64,000 nt of DNA from positions 37,636,001 to 37,700,000 of the forward strand of contig CM059432.1 in the NCBI GenBank assembly GCA_030390025.1, written 5' to 3'. This DNA comes from Squalus acanthias. Its lineage: Eukaryota. The notes beneath the pieces are model-generated. The model did not search any database. It worked only from the letters and a program-made list of their open reading frames with translations, and was not told where the DNA came from. A program made the position numbers and the translations under genes. This document shows positions 27,052-39,074 of the stretch, piece after piece; position 1 is the stretch's first letter, and each line of letters opens with the position of its first letter.

Positions 27052-27453
27052 CAGTCCTCAGCAAAGGCCTGAGCTTCCCCTCTCTGACTCCGAACGATCA
27101 GTCCTCAGCAAAGGCCTGAGCTTCCCCTCTCTGACTCCGAACGATCAGTCCTCAGCAAAGGCCTGAGCTTCCCCTCTCTGACTCCGAACGATCAGTCCTC
27201 AGCAAAGGCCTAAGCTTCCCCTCTCTGACTCCGAACGATCAGTCCTCAGCAAAGGCCTGAGCTTCCCCTCTCTGACTCCGAACGATCAGTCCTCAGCAAA
27301 GGCCTGAGCTTCCCCTCTCTGACTCCGAACGATCAGTCCTCAGCAAAGGCCTGAGCTTCCCCTCTCTGACTCCGAACGATCAGTCCTCAGCAAAGGCCTG
27401 AGCTTCCCCTCTCTGACTCCGAACGATCAGTCCTCAGCAAAGGCCTGAGCTTC
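27052..27453 (+). repeat. Tandem array, 47-bp unit x about 8.5
   Basis: cagtcctcagcaaaggcctgagcttcccctctctgactccgaacgat starting at 27052, 27099 ... 27428; one G>A variant near 27212. Confidence 0.97.
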
Positions 27454-29575
27454 ATCCCCTTACGCCCCCATCTCAATGAATTTCGAGCTCGGCACGATGC
27501 TGAGCTGTTTTTCCGCCGCCTCCGTCTCCGTGCCCACTTCTCTGGCCAGGAGTCTTCCCCCCGCACGGCTGACCCTTTCTCCCGCTTTCAGAATTCTCGT
27601 TCCACCTGGACCCCTCCCTCTGGCCTCTTACCCTCTCTTGATCTTTTCATTGCTAACTGCCGCCGTGACATCGGCCAGCTCAATTTCTCTGCTCCCCTCA
27701 CTCACTCCAACCTACCTCCCTCTGAACTTGCAGCACTCCATTCTCTCCGATCCAACCCTGACATTGTCATTAAACCTGCTGACAAGGGTGGCGCTGTTGT
27801 TGTTTGGCGAACCGACCTCTACCTAGCGGAAGTTGAACGCCAACTCTCTGACACCTCCTCCTACCTCCACCTGGACCATGACCCCACTACCGAACATCAA
27901 GCCACCGTGTCCAAGACTGTCACTGACCTCATCTCCTCTGGAGATCTTCCCCCCCACGGCCGCCAACCTCATAGTTCCCCAACCCCGCACAGCCCGCTTC
28001 TACCTCCTTCCCAAGATCCACAAACAGGACTGCCCCGGTAGACCCATCGTTTCAGCCTGTTCTTGCCCCACGGAACTTATCTCTTCCTATCTCGACTCTA
28101 TTTTTTCTCCCCTTGTCCAGTCTCTTCCCACCTACATCCGCGACTCTTCCGATGCCCTCCGCCATTTTAACAGTTTCCAGTTTCCCGGCCCCAACCGTCT
28201 CCTCTTCACTATGGACGTACAATCCCTCTACACCTCCATTCCCCACCAGGATGGCCTGAGGGCGCTCCGCTTCTTCCTTGAACAGAGGCCCAACCAGTCC
28301 CCATCCACCACCACCCTCCTCCGCCTGGCTGAACTTGTTCTCACATTGAACAACTTCTCCTTTGACTCTACCCATTTCCTCCAAATTAAAGGTGTTGCTA
28401 TGGGTACCCGCATGGGTCCTAGCTATGCCTGCCTTTTCGTGGGATATGTGGAACACTCTTTGTTCCAGTCCTACTCGGGTCCCCTCCCTCACCTCTTTTT
28501 CCGGTACATTGATGACTGTATCGGTGCCGTCTCCTGCTCTCGCCCTGAACTAGAACATTTCATTCACTATGCTTCCAATTTCCACCCTTCCCTCACCTTC
28601 ACATGGTCCATCTCCGACTCTTCCCTTCCCTTCCTCGACTTCTCCATCTCCATCTCTGGGGATAGGTTATTGACTAACATTCACTACAAGCCCACCGACT
28701 CCCACAGCTACCTGGACTACACTTCCTCCCACCCCGCCTCCTGTAAGGACTCTATTCCATTCTCCCAGTTTCTCCGTCTCCGCCGCATCTGCTCTGATGA
28801 TGCCACCTTCCATACCAGTGCTTCCGACATGTCTTCCTTTTTCCTCAACCGAGGATTCCCCTCTACCGTGGTCGACACGGCCCTCGACCGTGTCCGTTCT
28901 ATCTCCCGCACATCTGCCCTCACCCCTGCCCCTCCCTCCCGGAACCACGATAGGGTTCCCCTTGTCCTCACCTTTCACCCCACCAGCCTCCACATTCAAC
29001 GGATCATCCTCCGCCATTTCCGCCACCTCCAGCGTGATCCCACCACCAAACACATCTTCCCCTCACCTCCCCTTTCAGCATTCCGTAGGGACCGCTCCCT
29101 CCGCGACACCCTAGTCCACTCCTCTACCACCCCCAGCACCCCTTCCCCTTCGCCCGGCACCTTCCCGTGCACGCGCAGGAGATGCAACACATGCCCTTAT
29201 ACCTCCCCTCTTCCCACTGTCCAGGGCCCCAAACACCCCTTCCAGGTGAAACAGCGATTTACTTGTACTTCCTGCAATTTAGTATACTGTATTCGCTGCT
29301 CACGATGTGGACTCCTCTACATTGGGGAGACCAAACGCAGATTGGATGACCGCTTTGCGGAACACCTCCGTTCAGTCCGTAAGGGGGACCCCGAGCTCCC
29401 GGTGGCCTGTCACTTTAATTCACCGCTTCACTCCCACTCTGACCTCACCGTCCTCGGCCTATTGCACTGTTCCACGGAAGCTCAGCGTAAGCTCGAGGAA
29501 CAGCACCTCATCTTTCGTTTAGGCACGCTACAGCCCTCTGGACTCAATATCGAGTTCAACAATTTTAGATCATAA
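27403..29575 (+). pseudogene. PLE polyprotein (RT + Cys-rich linker + GIY-YIG endonuclease), 5'-truncated, one +1 frameshift in a C7 run at 27949-27955
   Basis: VLSKGLSF, IVIKPADKGGAVVV, FYLLPKIHK, TMDVQSLYTSI, GVAMG, RYIDD, CTRRRCNTC, VYCIRCSRCGLLYIGET, RFAEH, GLN; open from the C run to TAA at 29575. Confidence 0.9.
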
Positions 29576-29845
29576 CCTCAGCTCCAATCACATTTATATT
29601 TTATTTTATCCACCTTTTCATTTGTCCCCCCCCCACCTTTTTTTTTTCCTCCTAGAAGCTGGCAGCTGTCCTTCATTCTGCCAGTGGATTTCACACTTCA
29701 TTCAGCCTTAATCTGTCACATTAACACCACCTCTAGCCTTGCATATCTCTTAATGTCTCTTCATCTCCCCCTTTGTTCCTTTATCCCCTCCCCCTTTTCC
29801 CAGCTTTACCCTGGCCTTAAATCTATTTGATTTCCGGCTCTTCCC

Positions 29846-29882
29846 AGTTCTGATGAAAGGTCATCGACCTGAAACGTTAACT
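29846..29882 (+). ncRNA. Minimal type I hammerhead ribozyme motif in the PLE 3' end
   Basis: AGTT-CTGATGA-A-AGGTC(ATC)GACCT-GAAA-CGTT-AACT with palindromic AACGTT; decayed copy (CTGACAA) at 31372-31408. Confidence 0.75.
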
Positions 29883-32555
29883 CTCTTTCTCTCTCCACGG
29901 ATGCTGCCTGGCCTGCTGAGTTTTTCCAGCGTTTTCTGTTGTTATTTGGGTCCTAGCTATGCCTGCCTTTTCGTGGGATATATGGAACATTCTTTGTTCC
30001 AGTCCTACTCAGGTCCCCTCCCTCACCTCTTTTTCCGGTACATTGATGACTGTATCGGTGCATTTCCTGCTCTCGCCCTGAATTAGAAAATTTCATTCAC
30101 TTTGCTTCCAATTTTCACCCTTCCTTCACCTTCACATGGTCCATCTCTGACTCTTCCCTCCCCTTCCTCGACTTCTCTGTCTCCATCTCTGGGGATAGGC
30201 TATTGACCAACATTCACTACAAGCCCACTGACTCCCACAGCTACCTGGACTACACTTCCTCCCACCCCGCTTCCTGTAAGGACTCTATTCTATTCTCCCA
30301 GTTTCTCCATTTCCGCCGCATCTGCTCTGACGATGCCACCTTCCGTACTAGTGCTTCTGACACGCTTCCTTTTTCCTCAACCGAGGATTCCCCTCTGCTG
30401 TGGTTGACACGGCCCTTGACCGTGTCCGTTCTATTACCCGCACTTCTGCTCTCACTCCTTCCCCTCCCTCCCGGAGCCACGATAGGGTTCCCCTCGTCCT
30501 CACCTTTCACCCCACCAGCCTCCACATTCAACGGATCATCCTCCGCCATTTCCGCCACCTCCAGCGTGATCCCACCACCAAACACATCTTCCCCTCACCT
30601 CCCCTTTTCAGCATTCCGCAGGGACCGCTCCCTCCGCAACACCCTGGTCCACTCCTCTATCACCCCCAACACCCCTTCCCCTTCCCATGGCACCTTCCCG
30701 TGCAAGTGCAGGCGATGCAACACCTGCCCTTTCACCTCCTCACTGTCCAGGGCCCCAAACACTCCTTCCAGGTGAAACAGCGATTTACTTGTACTTCTTG
30801 CAATTTAGTATATTGTATTCGCTGCTCACGAAGCAGTCTCCTCTACATTGGGGAGACCAAACGCAGATTGGGTGACTGCTTTGCGGAACACCTCCATTCA
30901 GTCCATAAGGGTGACCCCGAGCTTCCGGTCGCCTGTCACTTTAATTCTCTGCTCCACTCCCACTCTGACCTCTCCGTCTTCGGCCTCTTGCACTGTTCCA
31001 ATGAAGCTCAACGTATGCTCGAGGAACAGCACCTCATCTTTCGATTAGGCACTTTACAGCCTTCTGGACTCAACATCGAGTTCAACAATTTCAGACCATA
31101 ACCTCTGCCCCTATCTTTTTTTTCCCATTTTTTTTCTCTCTCACATGGCAGCTGTCAATCATTCTGCCATCGCCATTTACACTTCATCTAGAGTCATCTT
31201 TTGTTTCTTAACTTGTCCCATTACCATCTCCTTTTGCCTTGCACCATCATCCCTTTTGTCTCTTAATCTCTCCTGCCTTCCACCCTATCACAGACGTTCC
31301 CTTTTGTTCTTTCCTCCCCTCCCCCCGCCCCTACACTTGCTTAAAAACCTGTTACATCTCCAACTTTTTCTAGTTCTGACAAAAGGTCATCAACCTGAAA
31401 CGTTAACTCTGTTTCTCTCTCCACAGATGCTACCTGACCTGCTGAGTATTTCCAGCATTTTCTGTTTTTTTATTTTAAAAGAATCCATGCTGGCTGTCCT
31501 TGATTATCCCATACATCTCTAAATGCTCACTAATTTAATTTCAAATTTGGTTTGATGGATATATGCTACCTGTTGCCTGTGTGTTCAGAAGGAGGGGCAT
31601 ATATTAGACTGAATCTTGATTGGTACAAAATGCACATCATGCAGGTTAACTGTCTGACTTTGTCTTTGGTCAATGTGAGCCTTTTAAAAATCTGTATTGT
31701 AGGACTAATACAGGCAGTTTGTACCTGGTATAAATGATTTCCCACAGCAGAAAGCCTGGACTATACAGCGCATGCTGTCTTGTGTCCGTACTGTTTAAGC
31801 CTCTCTGCTGTAATCATTCCTCAAGACCTTTTGAGACACAAACAAAATGTGATTCAAGAATACCTTAACTTGCATTTTGCATGTTTGATAGTAAAGAGCT
31901 GTAAAATGTATTTTTAATCAGGAAAGACTTCAACCATGTAAACTATGCTGTCTGTTCGACTATGAATGGGTTCCAGCAATGTTCATACAAGCACTGTAGT
32001 GCCTGTATGACTGTACAGTAGTTGTCTCTCGGGATATCAAGGAAACCTGCAGGACCCTAACCTCAGTGCTACGCAGTCCATCATTAGATTAATGCCCCTA
32101 AAGGATGCTTAATCTGTAAATAGGTTAACCAAGGATGCAGGAATCTGCTTCCTTGAAACGCAAAATGTAAATTTTATCCATTGGCTGTTTCTTGCGTGCA
32201 AACTACCAGACAATAGAATGATAAACACGGGTGGGCATCAGGTGCTTGGAGTTTATATAACAGCATCATAGTTAAATTATAGCCCATATTTTTTTAATGA
32301 AGATCCTGCTACTCAGCTTGCAAAAATCCTAATGGGTTTGTCACTGTTGTTAAATTGAATACAAAGGTTGCTGGGAAACAGCCCAAACCTATTATCTTTC
32401 ATATTTACATTAGGAATCAGAGAGATTCCCGACAGCGCAAGAAAGTATGGAATGAGAAAAGGCCACATACAATTTGCAGTGTTACGGACTCTACCCAACC
32501 TGTCTGTCCTCGCACGGGAGGTCAGTATTTACAAGAAACAAAAGTGAATGGTTTT

Positions 32556-32840
32556 GTGGCTCAGTGGGTAACTGCAACCCGCATATTGTGATACTGAGCC
32601 TCACACACCAGGAGCTCTCCAGTTCAATATCTGGCCTGTGCTACGTTAGCTGATCTCAGTCGGAGTAGAAGTACAATTGGCCTGACTGCCCAGAGGCTGG
32701 AGTGGGGAGAATCGACCAGGTTTCCCACTCCCAGTTGCTGTCCAGTGACGCCTACTGGAAGACATTTGTGTGTTGATGCCAGATCAGGACATCATTGGAT
32801 CGTCAGGAGATCGGACACTCACTGCCTCGGCTCACCCAAG
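32556..32840 (+). mobile_element. tRNA-derived SINE family B
   Basis: tggctcagtggg A-box-like head, gttcaatat, ttagctgatctcag body. Confidence 0.7.
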
Positions 32841-35800
32841 GTTTGAGCTGTGTTCAACCAGTAGTGAGATAGTTCAGCGATTTTTTTTTTTTTTCTTTCC
32901 TACCTTTTATGAGGACTAACTTGGATTGCATGGTGCGGACACAAGCTCTGACGAGTGGAAATCAAAAGGAAGTTTGCTGACAGTTGAAGCTTTCTAGCCT
33001 TCAGTTACTTTTAAACTGATATTTATCAGTTAATCAACATAACATTCACTATTGACGTACTGATTGATCCGCTATCTGGAGTGAAGTACAATACATTGAT
33101 ATAAATTATATTGTAAATTCAGTGAAACCCACTTATATCTAATCATATTGCATCATTATCAATGAACCAGTCTGCCTCACACTGTTTCTTACTCACTCCT
33201 ATTTTGTGTTATGATAAAAAAGGTTGTTTTATGATTTTTCTGCACATTCGAGGTCAAATGATCTCCAGTAGCAGTCACAATTTAGCTAATTGTATGTAGC
33301 ATGAGACTCTCAACTGGCAGGTCTCGCATCATTGCCAGAACCTCCTCTGAAGTTGGGTTTGATACCAGCACACCTTGGCTGAATCCCACCTTTTCTGACG
33401 ACTGATTTCCCCTATGTTAACTGGCGCATGTCCTTGTACCACTCCTGCTGCATCTGCTTGATATTTGGTATATTCCCCATCTTAATTTAAAATTAAAATG
33501 TTAAAGCATTTGGCCACCCACAGGGACAAATGTGTAAGTTGCCCTTGGAGCAGCCTCACTGGAACAGCTCCATGAATCTGCCTTCAGCATTATAGCACCC
33601 GGCCTTGGTATAATTGAGGCATTAATCGTGCATGTTTTCTAAGCATGTCAGCGAGCTGCAATTAACCTGAATTTAACATACAAACACAACTGAACCTTTT
33701 CAAATCTTGTTTGTGTATGAAAGTGCTTGCATTTAGCCTTATTAAGCACCCCAAACACACAGAAACGTGAAATGCTCTGCTCCCAGAGCTAATCCCTTAA
33801 TCCTTTGCTTGTTGTCCAATATTTCTTATATCCTGCGGTTTCTCACTTTTTGTTGTTTCCTCTACTTTTACCACTTTGCTTATAGATGCACACTTGCACA
33901 TTACAAAGAATTGAAGGTTTCTTCTGAAGGACAGGTTCCTGAATGTTTCATCGATCTCAATTGATGAAAGCACTGGCTTAGAATGGAGGTGTGGTAAAGC
34001 AGCCATTCAAATGTTCACTGAAGTGCGTAAACACTGGAATTAAAATATGTGCTGCGGTACTAATTCTATTGATTACTTGGCCCAGTCCTGCCTAGAGAAA
34101 AATGATTATATAATGTAATTTGGAGCGTTGCATCATTTGGGCTCACTCAGTTGGATACATTTTAGTCAAAAACAAAGCAGAGGTTTCATTTTCTGATTTA
34201 ATATAAAAAAATCATTTATTGTCTTTAGTTTTACACAATTTTATGATACATTTAGTTATTTTTACAGTCTTTTTGTTCTTAGAATTCTAATGCTAGGCTT
34301 CTGTGAGATCCTAGTGCCCACTGTGTTTGTGAACCTTCGAATTCAGGGAGGTTCTGCCCCCTTGGTCTTTGGGGTTATTACACTTCATTAGTTTTCACTG
34401 TGGCCTGGAGGATGCTTCAAATCACTATGTGCTATTTGAAAAAGTTTCTTTCACCATTTCTTCCAGTTTTAATAAGTTATAGTTCCACAGTCAAACATGA
34501 ACAAAATGTAGCAATAATCAAAGACTTGAAAATCCTACCATCCTGGGTTAGCTAATGCAGCAAGTGCCTGCCTTGGCACTCACGCGCAGAGCAGGACAAG
34601 TATGGTGTTACCATTTTAGTCTCAAAAACCCAACACGATCGCCCCAACATCAGCAGGGTTTAATTGTGTAGTTTAAGGGTCTTTAGCTGTAATCCTGACA
34701 AAACATGGTGGTCCAGTTCTAGAACAGTGTCTTTCACTAAGCCTTTGCTGGGTCCGAGTCCCCAAGCTGTGTTGTGCTTGCTGGTCACTCGCACCAACTC
34801 ACTGCCACAGAGTGATGGCACGTTGGTCTGTGCCTGCAGTTTGCCAGATGGTGAGGGTCCTGATCTCAAATGTGCCACCCTTGGCAGTTGCCAAGTGGAC
34901 GGGAGGCTCTTCCGTAAAGGAAGGCGGAGAAAACTAGAGGAGTAATAGTTCTATTAAACTAGCTCTAGATGGCTTTGTAGATGCTGGGATATCCCTGCTT
35001 CCTAACCGCTTTCCTCTGCTTCCTCTCACTGGACAACAACAGAAGTGGGCACAGGGCTGAATCTTAGCTCTGGCAACACAGCACAGCTGAGCAGGACGTG
35101 AATGGAGGTCCAGTCCAGAGACCTGTTCAACGGTACCTCTGCCAAGGGCCACAGGTGAAGTTGAGGCAACCTGTAATTGGCTGCCGATCTGAGTACGATT
35201 GTTCTGAAAGATCAGTATTTTAACTAAGTGACTAAATGGCTGCAGATACAACTGAAGAACGACACACCTTATGTTATATTGGCTGCCTCAAATTGCATTC
35301 CAGCCCTAACCCAGCGTTATCTGTGTTTATAAATACTGTTGTTCCCATAACATTTTTGTGGAAAGCAGGAATAATTGTACAAACCTGAACCCAAATAAGC
35401 ATGTTGAATTTATAGTCTTGCTAGTTTGCTGCAAATGTGACATTTTGTTCTTGAATTATTCTGTAAGATGTTACTGGTACCCTTCTGTGAACTACCATCT
35501 GTTGAAGACCAGTATGCTCTCTCTGAGTGCCACTCCCCACTGGGAGTGCAGAATCAGTCCTTATAATTACAGCATCGCTGTAAACAATGCTACAATTGTA
35601 GTGTCAGTATACCCTTAATCACGATAATGGGTTCATGTTTATTTTTTTTTGTTTTTCTCCTCCTCCAGCAGAGTATGAAATATGCCTAATTTTTGGCCAA
35701 CACAGTGGATCTCTGATCTGTTGTGAGATAGGTCTCTCCTTATACCTGTGGCCTTACTTAAACACCTTTTTTAAAATCCACTAACACCAAATCTAACCTG

Positions 35801-35980
35801 GAGTAAAATACTTCCAATTTGACCCAACAACCACAGAATACTGCACAACTTCCACATTAACAACCTTAACAACAATCGTCTTTTTTGCTAACTTTTCACT
35901 TGTCGTTAATCCAGTTTGGAGGATTAGGAATAGTCACGGGAGTTCTAAACACGGGTGAATAGTCTGTTAAAATGAATGAA

Positions 35981-36186
35981 AATTAGAGGGACGCACACAC
36001 CCAGGTATAGTCCAACAGTTTTATTTGAAATCACAAGCTTCGGAGCTATCGATTTGCTCCTTCCTCAAGTGAAGCAAATCGATAGCTCCGAAAGCTTGTG
36101 ATTTCAAATACTAACTGTTGGACTATTACCTGGTGTTGTGCGACCTCTCAATTTTGTCCACCCCAGTCCAACACCGGCATCTCCGC
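35981..36186. mobile_element. Penelope-like fold-back insertion (family 2 variant)
   Basis: Inverted arms homologous to 12305-12573; perfect TSD aaaatgaatgaa at 35969-35980 and 36187-36198. Confidence 0.85.
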
Positions 36187-36677
36187 AAAATGAATGAAGA
36201 CAGGGATTTGGTCTCCTTAATGAATTTTTCTGTACAATTGAGGTTTCAAAGTTAGTTTCATGGTATCTTAAGCAGATATCTGACAGGCCTGCCAAAAATT
36301 GTCCTAAGATCATAGAATTGCCTGTAGTTTGTTGATTTAAAAACTGAATATTTGCACCAGGTTCCTGCTACACCACATGTTGTTATTTTTAAGCAAATTC
36401 TACTTTGGGATATAATGTAAATATACTTAGATAAGATATGTGAGCTTGGTATTTATGAGTTTGAGCTTGGCTTATGTAAGGCAGCAGGATGCTTCATCTT
36501 AAACTGCATTATGACATTTCCTAGTCCAAAGTGATGCCAGACTTTTGGATTGGTTTGGAGTTACCCAGTGATTAGTTAGGTGAATGAGTCCTTAAAAGCT
36601 TATTTATATTACTCTTTCAACAGACTGTTCAGATGGTGAGCTAACATGGGTTTATGTGGAGAGTATATGAGTTCTCT

Positions 36678-37124
36678 GAAAGAAAGACTTGCATTTCTAT
36701 TGCGTCTTTCACGACCAAAGCGCTTTACAGCCACTGAAGTACTTTTTTGATGTGTAGTCACTGTTGTAATGTGGGAACGGCGGCAGCTAATTTGCGCACA
36801 GCAAGCTCCTACAAACAGCAATGTGATAATGACCAGATAATCTGTTTTTGTTATGTTGATTGAGGGATAAATATTGGCCAGGACACAGGGGATAACTCCC
36901 CTGCTCTTCTTCGAAATAGTGCCATGGGATCTTTCACATCCACCTGAGAGAGCAGATGGTTTAGCGCCTCATCCGAAAGACAGCACCTCCAACAGTGCAG
37001 CACTCCCTCAGCACTGCACTGGAGTGTCAGCCTAGCTTTATGCGCTCAAGTCCCTGGCGTGGGACTTGAACCCACAACCTTCTGACTCAGAGGCGAATGA
37101 GCTACCCACTGAGCCGCAGCTGAC
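36678..37124 (-). mobile_element. Full-length SacSINE1/DeuSINE-like SINE
   Basis: tRNA head, Deu-like core and L2-like tail, all on the minus strand. Confidence 0.9.
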
Positions 37125-39074
37125 ACAGCTCTGTTCTTGTGGAAGTCTACTATACTTAAGGGCAATATATTTGATCCAGTAGAACTGTCATAAAAGCATG
37201 GTACAGGTGCCTATCAGAAACCAGCCTCCAGTATCAGGACAATTGGTTTATTCGTGGATGTTAGATATACAGTACCTGGAAGTAAAACATAAGATATTAA
37301 GAGATCCTGTCAGGTGGCATATTCTGCAACCTTTAAAAGCCAAAAAGTATTTTGTTAAGTTGGATGTTTTTCGCTCATAAGTCATAAGTTCTGCTTTTGA
37401 TATATAATTAGGTACAGTATTTAGCAATAAAGTTAGCCAAATCAGGCACAAATGGTTTCCACTTGAAAGCTACAGGCACATGTATTAAAAACGGCAGAAT
37501 CTGAAAAATAGTTTTTAAAAAATCAACAGTACAATATTATTAATTAAAGACAACATTAATTTTAAATCGGTAGGAACGTTGGATTTTTCAATGTCATATA
37601 AGGATTTATTTTAACCGTCGATATATCAAAAAATATCAGAACTCCTGATTGGCCCCCCGCACTCCATCTCATAGTGATTTGCCCATTCGCAGTAACAGAG
37701 CAGATTGTAGAAGAATGTTTTATAAGTTGAAATGCAAAACGTTCCTTGCAGAACGCCAGATTGAAAGTTCACGACCGCATTTCTACATACACAGAACTTG
37801 AAAAGGACATGGAGAGCTAAAGTTTTGTGCTACTTTTAATTTTTTATTTTCAAAATGAGAAATTAATATACTGCCACCTCTTACCCCTGGCGATACTGAC
37901 CTCAGATCTTACCACCATGCTTTCACCCTTTCTCACCACTGTCTGAATGTTAGTATGTTTCCCGATTCCTGTATTTAAAGTACCTCCCCTTTAATATTGT
38001 CAGAGCTGTAGACCATGGTACTCGCAAGGTATTCAATTAAAATCTCCACTGAAATGAATGGGGATTAACCCCACAATATAATCCCTTAGTGCAAACACTT
38101 AGGGCAGGTTGCGGTCGTGTCATCCACATTTCGTGTTATCCACCCGACTGCAATTGGATGTGGGAGATTGATGCAATTTTCACCTAATTGGGCAATTGAG
38201 TTCCAGCATGTGGGAACCCATGAACCAATTAGTGGTTTCAGTCTGAAAGTCGCCTCTGATGATGTCATCATTGATGCTGCATTGAAGGTCAGAGACTGCC
38301 TGGCCTTTGCTGTGAGAGGACCTGGATGCAAAATGAGCAGCAGCTCTATCTGGAGAGAGAGAGAGAGAGATTTTTGCTCCACCAGATGCCAGCCAGCCAG
38401 CCTCTCACTGATAGTCAGCCCAGCCACTGATAGTCAGCTATCCACATGTGCTCCCGCCAGGTTTCACAATCGTGTTTCAGAACAGGCGTGCTTCACGTAG
38501 AACAAGGGTTAAAATCACAAAGGCCTTTCAAAATGGCATTATAGAGCCAATTTAGTGCTTGTTAAGGGCCTTAACAGCCTATCCCATCTCTTAAAGGCGG
38601 GACGCAGTCGGGACCAGCAGACACGATTTCATCAAAATTGCGTGGAGGCGGGATGGAGGTGGGCTTGTGCCCACCCGCCACTTTTCGCAATTTTAACCCC
38701 CCACACGCCTCCAAACCCGCCTCCACGGGTCAATGAAAATCCAGCCCTTAGTTTCCTGTCTTTGAGTGCTATTTTGAAAGAATGTAAGGAAGACAGCACA
38801 AAGTCCTACACCAGTGAAGCACTTGAATGATGTACTGAACGAGCAATATAACAAGACCAGTTCCCATCAAGTGAATTGGGATTTGTGGCTTCAGTGGCAC
38901 TTGCCTTGTACTACTTGATGCACTTTGAGTCTCATCTGCAACTGATTGCCACTGCAGCCACTCGGGTATTGGTTCCTGCACACGTGTGCGATGCTCTCAA
39001 TTTCAAATGAAATCGGCGCGATCATTGTGCACAGCTTGATGTTCACAGCTGCACATATAACCTCACTTACAGCA

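Larger units (their letters stand above)
26820..29946 (+). mobile_element. Inner (young) Penelope-like element, Neptune-like
   Basis: Inverted arm 26820-27046 pairs with 29752-29947; TSD tgggtcc(c/t)agctatg at 26805-26819 and 29947-29961; long RT+EN ORF. Confidence 0.93.
26293..31475 (+). mobile_element. Outer (older) Penelope-like element, 5'-truncated with inverted terminal segment; body 26642-26819 + 29947-31475
   Basis: Inverted arm 26300-26641 pairs with 31158-31475; TSD tttaaaagaatcca at 26279-26292 and 31474-31487; frameshifted RT (YIDD) and GIY-YIG relics ending at 31101. Confidence 0.9.

Noticed and set aside
27052..27453. CRISPR-like array
   Set aside because: Head-to-tail identical units with no unique spacers, derived from the PLE ORF, in a vertebrate context.
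32414..32520. Possible extra CABLES1 exon (tttacattag ... GAG|gtcagt, two open frames)
   Set aside because: At 107 nt it is not phase 2-2 compatible with the next exon, and I do not recognise either translation. RNA-seq would be needed.
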